A stretch of 64,000 nucleotides of DNA from Nitrospirota bacterium (GTDB lineage Bacteria; Nitrospirota; Thermodesulfovibrionia; Thermodesulfovibrionales; Dissulfurispiraceae), in assembly GCA_963790025.1 (NCBI GenBank), contig CAWBMP010000002.1:256001-320000 (forward strand). The letters run 5' to 3'. Below, in pieces: positions 38,167 through 47,512 of the stretch; position 1 is the first letter of the stretch; each line of letters opens with the position of its first letter. Made by a program: the position numbers and the translations under genes. Under the pieces are notes generated by a model. That model had not been told where the DNA came from. It worked only from the letters and a program-made list of their open reading frames with translations, and searched no databases.

Positions 38167-39241
38167 ATAAGGCCTCTACTCCCTCCGTCATTCTGCCGAT
38201 TGTGAACATGTCCAGGTATCTTTTTCTGCCGTTTGCCCCATACTTACGCATCAAGTCCGGTGATTTCAGCAACCCGTTTATGGCATCCGCAAGGGCCTTG
38301 CTGTCTCGCGGAGCAACAAGGACCCCCGTATGCTTGTCAACCACAACTTCAGGTATTCCCCCGGTATTTGTCGCAATCACCGGCTTTGACATTGCCATTG
38401 CTTCTATAAGAGAGATGCCAAGACCCTCTCTTTCTGATGACGGCAGGACAGCTATATCCATGAGCTGCAAATAAGGGACAACATCCGTTGTCCGGCCTGC
38501 GAAGATAATTCGATTGCCGATGCCGAGTTCAGATGCCATGCCCTCAAGGGACCTTCTTAGAGAACCGTCTCCTACGAGAAGAAGATATGCGTTGCCCACC
38601 TTTGTAAATGCTTCAAGAAGATACCTGTGGCCCTTAGGTTGCTCAAGAGAAGCGACACACCCTATGACGCCAGAATCTCCCGGAATGACTAATTTCTCTT
38701 TTAGTTCATCAAGGACCGGCATGCCGGCAGGAGTTGGCTCCGGGATGCCGTTATACAGGACTATCACTTTGTTCTCCACTATATTTGTTTTTTCCGATAC
38801 AAAATTTTTGACTGCTCCCGAACAACATATTACCTTACTGGTAAATCTGCCCAGAAATCCTGATATAAAATGGTTCCGAGTATTATAGTCGCTCTCCAGG
38901 GTATGGACATGGTGGAATATACAGGGGACTCCTGCAATGACAGCCGCAGAGCGACCAAGGACCCCGGCGGGATAGGCATGTGTATGAACAATATCTGTCC
39001 TATTTTCTTTAAACCATTTTGCAACTTTAATGAAACTTAAAGGATTGTGATAATTCTTAATGCCCAGAATTTCCACATCCTGGCCGTTTGCTGCCAATTC
39101 ATTAGCAATTTTGCCGCCCCGGCTAAGGCATAAAACAGAGACTTTGAATATTACAGGGTTAAGGTGCATCGTAATATTCTCAATGACCTTTTCCTGGCCG
39201 CCGATTTCAAGGTCCTCAACCACCTGAACTACCCTGATCAT
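38138..39241 (-). CDS. Glycosyltransferase family 4
   Basis: GGQE, HTH, EGLGISLIEAMA. Confidence 0.92.
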   Translation of the reverse strand: MIRVVQVVEDLEIGGQEKVIENITMHLNPVIFKVSVLCLSRGGKIANELAANGQDVEILGIKNYHNPLSFIKVAKWFKENRTDIVHTHAYPAGVLGRSAAVIAGVPCIFHHVHTLESDYNTRNHFISGFLGRFTSKVICCSGAVKNFVSEKTNIVENKVIVLYNGIPEPTPAGMPVLDELKEKLVIPGDSGVIGCVASLEQPKGHRYLLEAFTKVGNAYLLLVGDGSLRRSLEGMASELGIGNRIIFAGRTTDVVPYLQLMDIAVLPSSEREGLGISLIEAMAMSKPVIATNTGGIPEVVVDKHTGVLVAPRDSKALADAINGLLKSPDLMRKYGANGRKRYLDMFTIGRMTEGVEALYAECRQNKT

Positions 39242-40257
39242 TGATTTACAATCCTGAGAATTTCTTCTATTCTATGATTATATGTATGTTTATCGAGAAC
39301 ACTTTTCCTTCCTGCCTGCGCTATTTTTAGCCTCTCATCGGGACGCTCAAGATAATAGGAGGCGAGTTCCCTCAATTCATCAATGCTTCTGAAAATTACC
39401 AATTCTTCTCTGTCGCTAAACAGACTCATTACGTCTTTTTGCGCATCAACCATCAGAAATGCCCCGCAGGCAAGCGCTTCATAGACCCTTGGACTCGCCT
39501 GATGGCATGGGATTTTACCATTAGGATCTTTATAGTGCATGCACAGTACAATTTTAGAAGCGCTATATATCTTGGTCCATAAATCAGGAGGCGTGTGTTC
39601 TCCTCTGACATGCCGCTTCGCAGGGGAGCCTGGAGAAATATTACGACTGCCCGGACCCCAGACAGCAAGACTGAAATCACTTATCCCTTCAAGGATGTCG
39701 ACTCTGTCAGGATAGATAAGAGGGTCCAAAGTGCCTACGAAACTTATATCGGAGCCATAAAGTTTCGTTTCGGCTTCTGTCAATGTCACCGGTCTATGGT
39801 AATGGGAATCACAGGCGAAAGGAAGAAAATAAAGATTTCCTGCAACTGTTTCTTTTAAGATATCATATGCCTCTGAACCTCCTGTAAAGACGCAATCATA
39901 GTGGGGCGCCGCTTTGATAATCGGGTTGAAATCTATAGGCGCATCTATTGTCCACAAGACAGTTTTTACTTGAAGCTTCCTGATTTGATCTATGGTTTCC
40001 GGCAATATCCTGTGCCCACCGGCCTCAATAAAAATGTCCGGCTTAAAGGCTTTTATAACAGAAAGAAGATTTCTGTTGATCCTCTTAAGATCAAATTTAT
40101 TAAGAAAAGGCATCCTGCTTCTGATCCTGCCCGGTATTATAAAATCACTGTCATTGAAAAACATCGTTTCACAGCCTGTTGCCTTAATGGCATTTTCTAC
40201 ATATTCGGTAATCGTTATATAGTATGGATTACGGCAAGTTGAAAAGATAATCTTCAT
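39238..40257 (-). CDS. CgeB-family (DUF3880/GT-B) glycosyltransferase
   Basis: WTIDAP, DISFVG, RVYEALACG, HTYNHR. Confidence 0.85.
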   Translation of the reverse strand: MKIIFSTCRNPYYITITEYVENAIKATGCETMFFNDSDFIIPGRIRSRMPFLNKFDLKRINRNLLSVIKAFKPDIFIEAGGHRILPETIDQIRKLQVKTVLWTIDAPIDFNPIIKAAPHYDCVFTGGSEAYDILKETVAGNLYFLPFACDSHYHRPVTLTEAETKLYGSDISFVGTLDPLIYPDRVDILEGISDFSLAVWGPGSRNISPGSPAKRHVRGEHTPPDLWTKIYSASKIVLCMHYKDPNGKIPCHQASPRVYEALACGAFLMVDAQKDVMSLFSDREELVIFRSIDELRELASYYLERPDERLKIAQAGRKSVLDKHTYNHRIEEILRIVNQ

Positions 40258-40361
40258 ATTCCTTAGATAGAACCCAAATAATCCTTGAAGAGTCTCTCGT
40301 GGTCATAATCCTGGTCCGTCATCTTTTATGCCCAACTGTTTCCAAGGATATTCCATTCCTC

Positions 40362-41297
40362 TCAAACATCAGATTTCAGTCCTTTTAAGAAGCCGAATAA
40401 TTTTTGTCCGATTATAATACGAAGCAGCGATCCTGCAGTCTGTTTTTGCAGAGCTACTCTCCAGTTTACTCTTAATGCCTTAAGGAAATAAGCTTTTCCT
40501 CTCGTGAAGTCGGCGAAGAGCATAAAAGTATGGCTGACATCCATGAGCAGTTCGGCCCTTAAGCCGCTATCAATTGAGTAGTTGTATTTCCTGGAATTCT
40601 CTTCAATAAGCTGATAAATCCGCTCCCTTATTTCTGCAGATGGTTGGGAATAGCTGCCCGAATGCTGGAATGTACAAACGGAAGGCTCAGCCAGAAAGCC
40701 TACAGAGTAATTCATAGCCACTCTGCTGAAAAACTCTCTGTCCTCAAAAACTGAAAGGCCGGTGTCGAAAGAGTCGACCTTTTCAAGAACAGTATTTCTC
40801 AAAACAGCAGTGCATGGAGACCCCAACTTTCCGATAATACAAAGCCTTCGGTATAATTCACCTTTGCCTGTTTTAATATCAGTTTTGGCTAGCCGTGCAT
40901 CAGATGGATCATCTGATGTCGTAAGAAAGAAATTACTGAATACGCATCCGACATCTTTTTCGGCATGGAGGAAATCCAGAGCGGCGCTTAGATGTTCAGG
41001 CATCCAGGTATCGTCATCATCAAGAAAGCCGATAAATCTTCCTCTTGCCAATTTAATCCCCACATTTCGTGAAGAACTCCTTTCCATTCTCGCGCTGTTC
41101 TTTACATACCGGATTATCCCTGAGTTAAGCTGACCGCTGAATTTATCATTGACCATTTCCTTCGTATCATCAGTCGATGCATCATCAATAATAATAATTT
41201 CAAAATCCTGGAAGCTTTGCGCCAGCACACTGCTTACGGCCCTCTCTAAAAGGTGCGATCTGTTGTATGTGGGAATAATGACGCTTATTTCAGGCAT
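40362..41297 (-). CDS. Glycosyltransferase family 2
   Basis: MPEISVIIPTYNR start at 41297, IDDASTD, FLDDDD. Confidence 0.92.
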   Translation of the reverse strand: MPEISVIIPTYNRSHLLERAVSSVLAQSFQDFEIIIIDDASTDDTKEMVNDKFSGQLNSGIIRYVKNSARMERSSSRNVGIKLARGRFIGFLDDDDTWMPEHLSAALDFLHAEKDVGCVFSNFFLTTSDDPSDARLAKTDIKTGKGELYRRLCIIGKLGSPCTAVLRNTVLEKVDSFDTGLSVFEDREFFSRVAMNYSVGFLAEPSVCTFQHSGSYSQPSAEIRERIYQLIEENSRKYNYSIDSGLRAELLMDVSHTFMLFADFTRGKAYFLKALRVNWRVALQKQTAGSLLRIIIGQKLFGFLKGLKSDV

Positions 41298-41298
41298 T

Positions 41299-42254
41299 TC
41301 AAACTGAGGGTTTTGTAAATAATAGTTTCCCAAGTAAAACAATACCAATCTTTATTTTGTTCTTTAAAATGTTTGTTTCTTCAAGCGGTGACTTCCTTAA
41401 AAAAGAATTCATAAATGACAGGGTACTGGATATCATATAAATCATGGTAATCAAAATGCCTCTTGTCTTTCCAAAGTGTTTTTCATAAAGCACCTTGCTT
41501 GACTCAATTGTTCGCCGGTCCGGCGAGTCGATTTTTGAGGCCCCTCCGTAATGGCTTATTGCAGCATCGGGACAATAATATACGAAAAAGCCGGCCTCAT
41601 GGGCCCGATAACACCATTCGAGATCCTCCCCAAAAAAAAGAAGTCCTCTTCCAGCAGTCCTATCCTGCACATCGCACTCTTTCTTATCAGAAGGCAGCAA
41701 CCGCTTATCCAATCCACTTCCCTCGCATCATGTTCATTCCAAAAGTATTTGCCGAACAGTCGGTTTCTGATACTTTCCGGGAGAATCCTGTTGACCCTGA
41801 ACAAAATCAGGAGCGTTCCGGCTATAGATGGAAAACTGAATCCTTTGCTTTGAACAGTCCCATCTATATTAAGTACTTTAGGACCGACTGCGGCCGCTCT
41901 TTCATGTGTCGACATAAAATTGACGAGCACTTTTATCGCGTCTTTCTTCACAATCGTATCGCTGTTTAAAAGGAGAAAATATTCCCCGCGTGCAATCCGC
42001 AATGCCTGATTATTTGCCCTCGCAAAACCTATGTTCTCCGTATTCCTAATGAGTGTAATATCCCTGAATTCTTTTTTTATCATCTCGGGACTGCCGTCCG
42101 TCGACGCGTTATCTACTATAATAAATTCATGATTGATATCGTTTGAGGTTTCGTATATTGAATCAATACAACTCTTTAGAAGGTCTTTGGTATTAAAAGA
42201 TACAATAATTATGGACACGGAGATATTGGCTGTTCCATTCATTATTTCAGGCAT
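41299..42254 (-). pseudogene. GT2 (WbbL-like) split by a 1-nt deletion in a T8 run at 41632-41639
   Basis: ORF 41556..42254 matches GT2 up to EEDFFF; the motif continues as FFGEDLEWCYRA...HYGGAS in the -1 frame (41299..41712). Confidence 0.87.
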
Positions 42255-43209
42255 TCTTAGTCCTTTGCACCTTCATAAGTTCTCTATATTTGATTCTGCC
42301 GGCAATAAAACCTATATTGCCCGTCAGCCATAATTCTTCAGAAAATGCATTTTCTGATGCTATAAATTGCAACAATAACCACTTAATGAAACCTTTGAAT
42401 ACATTGCCTATCGCATAAAGTGGTATGCCCTTAATGCTCTTATACCGGCATTTCCCCATTTGAATGCCTTTAAGTTCGCTCCGGTCATATTCCCATTTTC
42501 TAAAGTAAGATTTTATCATTCGCGATGCCGGTATAAAATGATAAACAACAATATCAGGACAGTATAAAACCATTTCTCCTTTGTCTATCAATATGCGAAC
42601 AAGCTCTGACTCCTCCCCGGTATATAGTTTCCCTGCTGTTCTGCCCATGTTTGTATCGAAGTTTCCATATTTTTGAAACATTGACGAATTAACAGCAAAG
42701 TTGGCGCCATATATATTAGGGTTCGACAATTCTCTTTGCTCATCTCCCAAATCCAGGATGGCAAGCGTTGCAAATAGTTCTATCTTGAGCCACTTCGGCG
42801 GAGTCGTTTCCCACAGAGGCAGTATCTTGCCTCCTATGCATGCAGGGTTGTTCTTTCTGAATGCCTTCACAATGTTATTTAACCAATATTTATCGACAAC
42901 AGTATCATCATCCGTAAAAACTATTATTTCTCCGCCTGCTTCTTTAATACCTCTATTGCGCGCACAAGAGAGACCTTGTTCATTTTCAAAGAAGTATTTG
43001 ACATTCAGCCCTGATTCCATCGCAAATGCCTTAACTACATCCTGTGTGTCGTCACTTGAATTATTATCAACTATCAATATTTCCCACATTAAATCCTTCG
43101 GGACCGACATATCGTAAATACTCTTTAATGTTCTCTTCAGACTTTCTGAACGGTTATAAGTGCAGATTATTACGCTGAGCATAGGACCTTTCAAATCTTC
43201 TATGTCCAT
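42247..43209 (-). CDS. Glycosyltransferase family 2
   Basis: SVIICTYNR, VDNNSSD, GLSCARN, FTDDD, GANF. Confidence 0.93.
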   Translation of the reverse strand: MDIEDLKGPMLSVIICTYNRSESLKRTLKSIYDMSVPKDLMWEILIVDNNSSDDTQDVVKAFAMESGLNVKYFFENEQGLSCARNRGIKEAGGEIIVFTDDDTVVDKYWLNNIVKAFRKNNPACIGGKILPLWETTPPKWLKIELFATLAILDLGDEQRELSNPNIYGANFAVNSSMFQKYGNFDTNMGRTAGKLYTGEESELVRILIDKGEMVLYCPDIVVYHFIPASRMIKSYFRKWEYDRSELKGIQMGKCRYKSIKGIPLYAIGNVFKGFIKWLLLQFIASENAFSEELWLTGNIGFIAGRIKYRELMKVQRTKNA

Positions 43210-43215
43210 ATTAAA

Positions 43216-43947
43216 TTAGCCGCCAAGCACTTCTTTGCATTTTGTTATAAACAAATTCTGCGAGAGGACATTCTGCTTATAAGTAGATTCAAAAGCATGA
43301 TAGATCAGTCTTCCATATGTTGTGCCTAACCCGAATTTGATTTCATCACCCAAACGATACTTAGGCACGACAACATGCGTAGGCATGATGCAACGGACCG
43401 GTATCCCTTGTTCTCTGCAGGCGATTGTCAATTCACCGGCACAATCGGCGCGCACCGTCGCTTCAAAGGTCGGCTGTCCCGCAGCATAGTATACTTTTGA
43501 CGGTACTACCAAAAAACATGGTCCTGCATAAATTAATGGATTGTGAAACCTCACCGGCGGTTTGCCGCGAAACCACCTGGCTAAACGGACACATCTCTCA
43601 ATTCCCTTTTGAGGCAAACTATATAAACGATAGTTTTCTTCGGCCTTTATCATCTCAATATGATCTGCTTGTTGTGCACATCCAATCAGCATCGGCTTTC
43701 GAGTAACTATATTGAGCAATCGGGGAACGACATCATCTGTTAAAGGAATACAGTCGATATCAACAATAATTATTACATCTACTGAACTAACTTTGCTTCG
43801 AACATAGTCCGTTAAAAATTCTCCATGGCTTAATTCGCTTTTACATTGTTTGATCTGCAAATGGAAATGAGAAAATACTCGTCGCTGCCATTGCAGGATA
43901 TCGTCATTGGCATTATCCCTGTAATACGAAATAATTTCAAACTTCAT
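43216..43947 (-). CDS. Hypothetical protein, possible GT-A fold
   Basis: IIIVDIDCIP DxD motif; translationally coupled within the cluster. Confidence 0.55.
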   Translation of the reverse strand: MKFEIISYYRDNANDDILQWQRRVFSHFHLQIKQCKSELSHGEFLTDYVRSKVSSVDVIIIVDIDCIPLTDDVVPRLLNIVTRKPMLIGCAQQADHIEMIKAEENYRLYSLPQKGIERCVRLARWFRGKPPVRFHNPLIYAGPCFLVVPSKVYYAAGQPTFEATVRADCAGELTIACREQGIPVRCIMPTHVVVPKYRLGDEIKFGLGTTYGRLIYHAFESTYKQNVLSQNLFITKCKEVLGG

Positions 43948-43948
43948 A

Positions 43949-45271
43949 CTATTTGTTCAAAGCGGCGGGTCCGTCACTTGTTACAGTTCTTTCGGGAAAT
44001 GGTCCGGTCCACGAAAAAACCGGTAAAAATGCTCCGTGATCAGCGACCTCCGGTATTCGGACCAGCGTCCGTTGACGTGGGACCATGATATGAAGAATTC
44101 TGGCGCGTTCGACTACATCATATGCCTGTGCCTCATCACCAAGAGTTACCGTCAGGAAATAATCGGCTGGAGCGAGTGCCAATTCGGGAACGCAATTTTC
44201 AAGCCAAAATTCTCCAGGTGAAACATCGAAAATTTCTCCATTAAAGCCACTCCATAGAGTGGCTACTCTCTGGCCTGAAAAAGATTCGATATTAATTCCG
44301 GCAACCAGCCGTTTTAAGGGTCGCGTTGCTTGTATCCGCAACGCAAAATAAACTGTATCACATGAGTCTACATAATTTGTATGCGTTCCATCTCCTTTTT
44401 TAATAACAAGCTCCAAACAAATTGCCAGACCATTACCAATACGATCAGATCTCTTATTCAGTTCGATGTCCATCGAATCAGCCGTACCGCTCAAGTACCT
44501 CTTGATAGATTCAACTACAGCGCCGTCATGCTGAATTTCACCGGATTTTAATAATACTGCTCGCGAACACAGACCTTGTATGGCCCCCATATTATGACTC
44601 ACAAACAATACTGTCCTCCCATCCTTTGATGCCTCCTCCATCTTCCCCATACACTTCTTCTGAAACTGCGCATCGCCGACCGCCAGCACTTCATCAACTA
44701 TCAATATCTCAGATTCCAGGTGAGCTGCAACGGCAAAGGCCAACCTCACATACATGCCCGAAGAATATCTCTTCACCGGCGTATCGAGAAATTTCTCAAT
44801 CTCGGCAAAGTCGACAATCTGATCAAACTTTTTCCTGATTTCGGCCTTTGTCATTCCGAGGATTGCACCGTTGAGGAATATGTTTTCTCTTCCTGTCAAC
44901 TCAGGATGAAACCCCGTTCCCACTTCCAGCAGACTCGCCACTCTACCGGTTATCTCGACCCACCCGTTGGTCGGTTCAGTAATACGGCTGAGGACCTTCA
45001 GCAGTGTCGACTTCCCCGCCCCATTGCGGCCAATGATTCCTACACGGTCGCCTTGCCTGACCTCGAAGGAGACGTCCTTTAAGGCGTAAAATTCTTCCTG
45101 TGTGGCCGGCAGAGTCGATTTTTGAGAAGTTAAAGGTGAAAGCAGTTTTTTGCCGATATTATTTGCTCCTCTGGCTATTACATCGCGCAGGGCCGTATAG
45201 CGCTCCTGCCTCCGGTGGCTGAGGATATATTTCTTGCTCAGGTTTTCTACTTTTATGACAGTGTCACTCAT
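43949..45271 (-). CDS. wzt: Polysaccharide ABC transporter ATPase with C-terminal Wzt_C domain
   Basis: GRNGAGKST, YSSGM..RLAF, DEVLAVGD, VSH, ~170-aa C-terminal extension. Confidence 0.93.
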   Translation of the reverse strand: MSDTVIKVENLSKKYILSHRRQERYTALRDVIARGANNIGKKLLSPLTSQKSTLPATQEEFYALKDVSFEVRQGDRVGIIGRNGAGKSTLLKVLSRITEPTNGWVEITGRVASLLEVGTGFHPELTGRENIFLNGAILGMTKAEIRKKFDQIVDFAEIEKFLDTPVKRYSSGMYVRLAFAVAAHLESEILIVDEVLAVGDAQFQKKCMGKMEEASKDGRTVLFVSHNMGAIQGLCSRAVLLKSGEIQHDGAVVESIKRYLSGTADSMDIELNKRSDRIGNGLAICLELVIKKGDGTHTNYVDSCDTVYFALRIQATRPLKRLVAGINIESFSGQRVATLWSGFNGEIFDVSPGEFWLENCVPELALAPADYFLTVTLGDEAQAYDVVERARILHIMVPRQRTLVRIPEVADHGAFLPVFSWTGPFPERTVTSDGPAALNK

Positions 45272-46095
45272 ATCACGTCCGCAAAGGTCTTCTCGGTCTT
45301 CCTGAAATACCAGACCCCCGTCACCAGAAAAAATACAACAAGACCGCAGGATAGCAGAAAACCGGGCAAATACAGATGCACGCTTCCACCGAGGATCGCC
45401 CAGCGAAAGCCGTCAATGACGCCGACCATCGGATTCAACGAGTAAAGAAGACGCCACTTCTCCGGCACAATGTTGCTTGAAAATCCGACAGGGGAGACAT
45501 AGAGCCCGAACTGTACGATAAACGGGACGATATAACGGAAATCCCTGTACTTGACGTTGAGTGCGGTCAGCCAGAGCCCCATTCCCATGGCCGCGGCAAA
45601 AGCGATTGCGATCAACAAAGGAAGAGTGAAAATCCGCCAGCCGGGAACGAAATGATACCAGACCATGAGCCCTACCAGGATCACAGCAGAGATGAGAAAG
45701 TCCACAAAGCTGGTGATCACCGCGCTGGACGGAATAATCAGACGCGGGAAATAGACTTTCGATATAAGATTGGAATTCCCAATCAGGCTGCTGCTCGATT
45801 CGGACAGGGAGTTGGCGAAGAACTGCCAGGGAAGCATGGCGGCAAAGACCATGATCGGATATGGCAACCCTTCTGACGGGAGCTTTGCCAGTTTACCAAA
45901 AACCACAGTAAACACTACCATGGTCAGAAATGGCCTGAGCAGAGCCCAAACAACGCCCACAGCTGTCTGTTTGTAGCGCACAAGGATATCCCGCCAGGCA
46001 AGAAAAAAGAACAACTCGCGGTAGCGCCAGAGGTCTATCCAGTAATGCTTTTCCGTCAGCCCCGCCTCGATTCTTAACGTTTGTTGTTGGGCCAT
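45268..46095 (-). CDS. wzm: Polysaccharide ABC transporter permease
   Basis: RDILVRYKQT..G..W, KVYFPR, YRDFRY, LNPM, FADVI. Confidence 0.93.
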   Translation of the reverse strand: MAQQQTLRIEAGLTEKHYWIDLWRYRELFFFLAWRDILVRYKQTAVGVVWALLRPFLTMVVFTVVFGKLAKLPSEGLPYPIMVFAAMLPWQFFANSLSESSSSLIGNSNLISKVYFPRLIIPSSAVITSFVDFLISAVILVGLMVWYHFVPGWRIFTLPLLIAIAFAAAMGMGLWLTALNVKYRDFRYIVPFIVQFGLYVSPVGFSSNIVPEKWRLLYSLNPMVGVIDGFRWAILGGSVHLYLPGFLLSCGLVVFFLVTGVWYFRKTEKTFADVI

Positions 46096-46156
46096 CAGTT
46101 CCCTTGTAACAAATTAAAAGTATATTTTCGTTTTTTGCGTATTATTTCAGCATATT

Positions 46157-47512
46157 TCATACATTGCTTGGTTCCAGCGCGGTGTCGCCCTTTCCAATAA
46201 TGGCCTCGCTGGCCACAATCATGGCCATTACCAGCCAGAATGGTTCCATTATTCTTACTATTATGAAGGTATTGGCGCTCAGGGCATGGCCCAGGAGCGC
46301 TGCCAGGCCCACAAGCATGCCGAGGCTGACTCCCCGTATAAGCTCATCAGCTGTGTCCCTATAGACTCTCCATGCAACAATAAAGACCCTGCACACCAGA
46401 TAGAGGAGCGCTGCAAGCCCCACCAGCCCGGTCTCTATAAGTGTTCTGAAATACTGTCCGTCTATGAATCCATAACCCGTTATCCCATAGCCGAAAAAAA
46501 GATGTCGCTTTATATCTTCAAGAACTTGCCTGTAAGCGATGATTCTTGCGGATGCTGACATGTCGAAGTATCGCCCTCCTATCTTCACTTGCTGCGGCGA
46601 TTCAATGGGTATTTTCATGAAGGTTTCAGCGAATCTCTGTTCAACTTTTTGAGGCATTATCATTTCTGCCAAAGATACAACGATAACCAGGACGACAATA
46701 AGGAATACTACTCTTTTACTGAACAAAATTAATGATAGATACATTATCGTAACAGCCATCCATGCGCTCCTTGACAATGTAAACAGGAGGGGTATTACGG
46801 CAAGTGCAATCAAAGCAAGGCATGCTATCTTTACGGTCCGGGATTTAATCGATAAAAAAATGCCTGATAGTATGGAAATAATAAAAACAAGGTATCCTCC
46901 AAGCGTATTTGGCTCACCCCATTTGCTCTCGAATGGCGCAGAGATTCTTTCACCTGAAGGTATCTGAAATATACCATATATTGATACGAGCGCCGCCGTT
47001 ATCAGGAGTGCTATAACGTACCTATTTATCTGTTCCCTGTCGTGAATGCTGTGTACTCCGATGAAAAATATTAGAAAATATTCGATATACTTTGTAACAA
47101 AAAAGATTCCCGATAACAGGTGAACTTTACCGAAGAGCATGCCGAAAGACGTTGATGCAAAACATGCAGTCACATAAAATACAATTGCCTTATTTAAAGG
47201 TGTTTTTCTAAACACTCCGATCTCTTTGTAAACAGCGTTCCTCGCAAGCCATCCAAAAGAGATTATCAGTATCAGGAGATCATCGATTCTTAGTGTTACC
47301 TCCCGCTGCGAAACTGATGCCAACACAGCCTGAGGAGACAGGAGCATTGAAAATATAAGCAAGTAGACAGCAGTTTCGGTTGAAAGAAAAGATATTATTA
47401 GAATAAGGATGCCTGCCGTCAGAATAACGACATGGATTGTGCTAAAGTAATTAATAGCCAAAGCAGCAACTAAAGCAATAGCAGCTATAAACAGTAAAAG
47501 ACCGGGGTTTAT
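46157..47512 (-). CDS. O-antigen ligase/Wzy-family polymerase
   Basis: Multi-TM, GEPNTLGGYL, TLSRSAW, FGYG, LIETGLVG; the frame stays open and hydrophobic upstream of TTG 47461 to ATA 47512. Confidence 0.85.
   Translation of the reverse strand: MNPGLLLFIAAIALVAALAINYFSTIHVVILTAGILILIISFLSTETAVYLLIFSMLLSPQAVLASVSQREVTLRIDDLLILIISFGWLARNAVYKEIGVFRKTPLNKAIVFYVTACFASTSFGMLFGKVHLLSGIFFVTKYIEYFLIFFIGVHSIHDREQINRYVIALLITAALVSIYGIFQIPSGERISAPFESKWGEPNTLGGYLVFIISILSGIFLSIKSRTVKIACLALIALAVIPLLFTLSRSAWMAVTIMYLSLILFSKRVVFLIVVLVIVVSLAEMIMPQKVEQRFAETFMKIPIESPQQVKIGGRYFDMSASARIIAYRQVLEDIKRHLFFGYGITGYGFIDGQYFRTLIETGLVGLAALLYLVCRVFIVAWRVYRDTADELIRGVSLGMLVGLAALLGHALSANTFIIVRIMEPFWLVMAMIVASEAIIGKGDTALEPSNV

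Noticed and set aside
40258..40361. Tiny ORFs (17-19 aa) between two glycosyltransferases
   Set aside because: Possibly debris of a deleted gene, but too short and without recognisable motifs.
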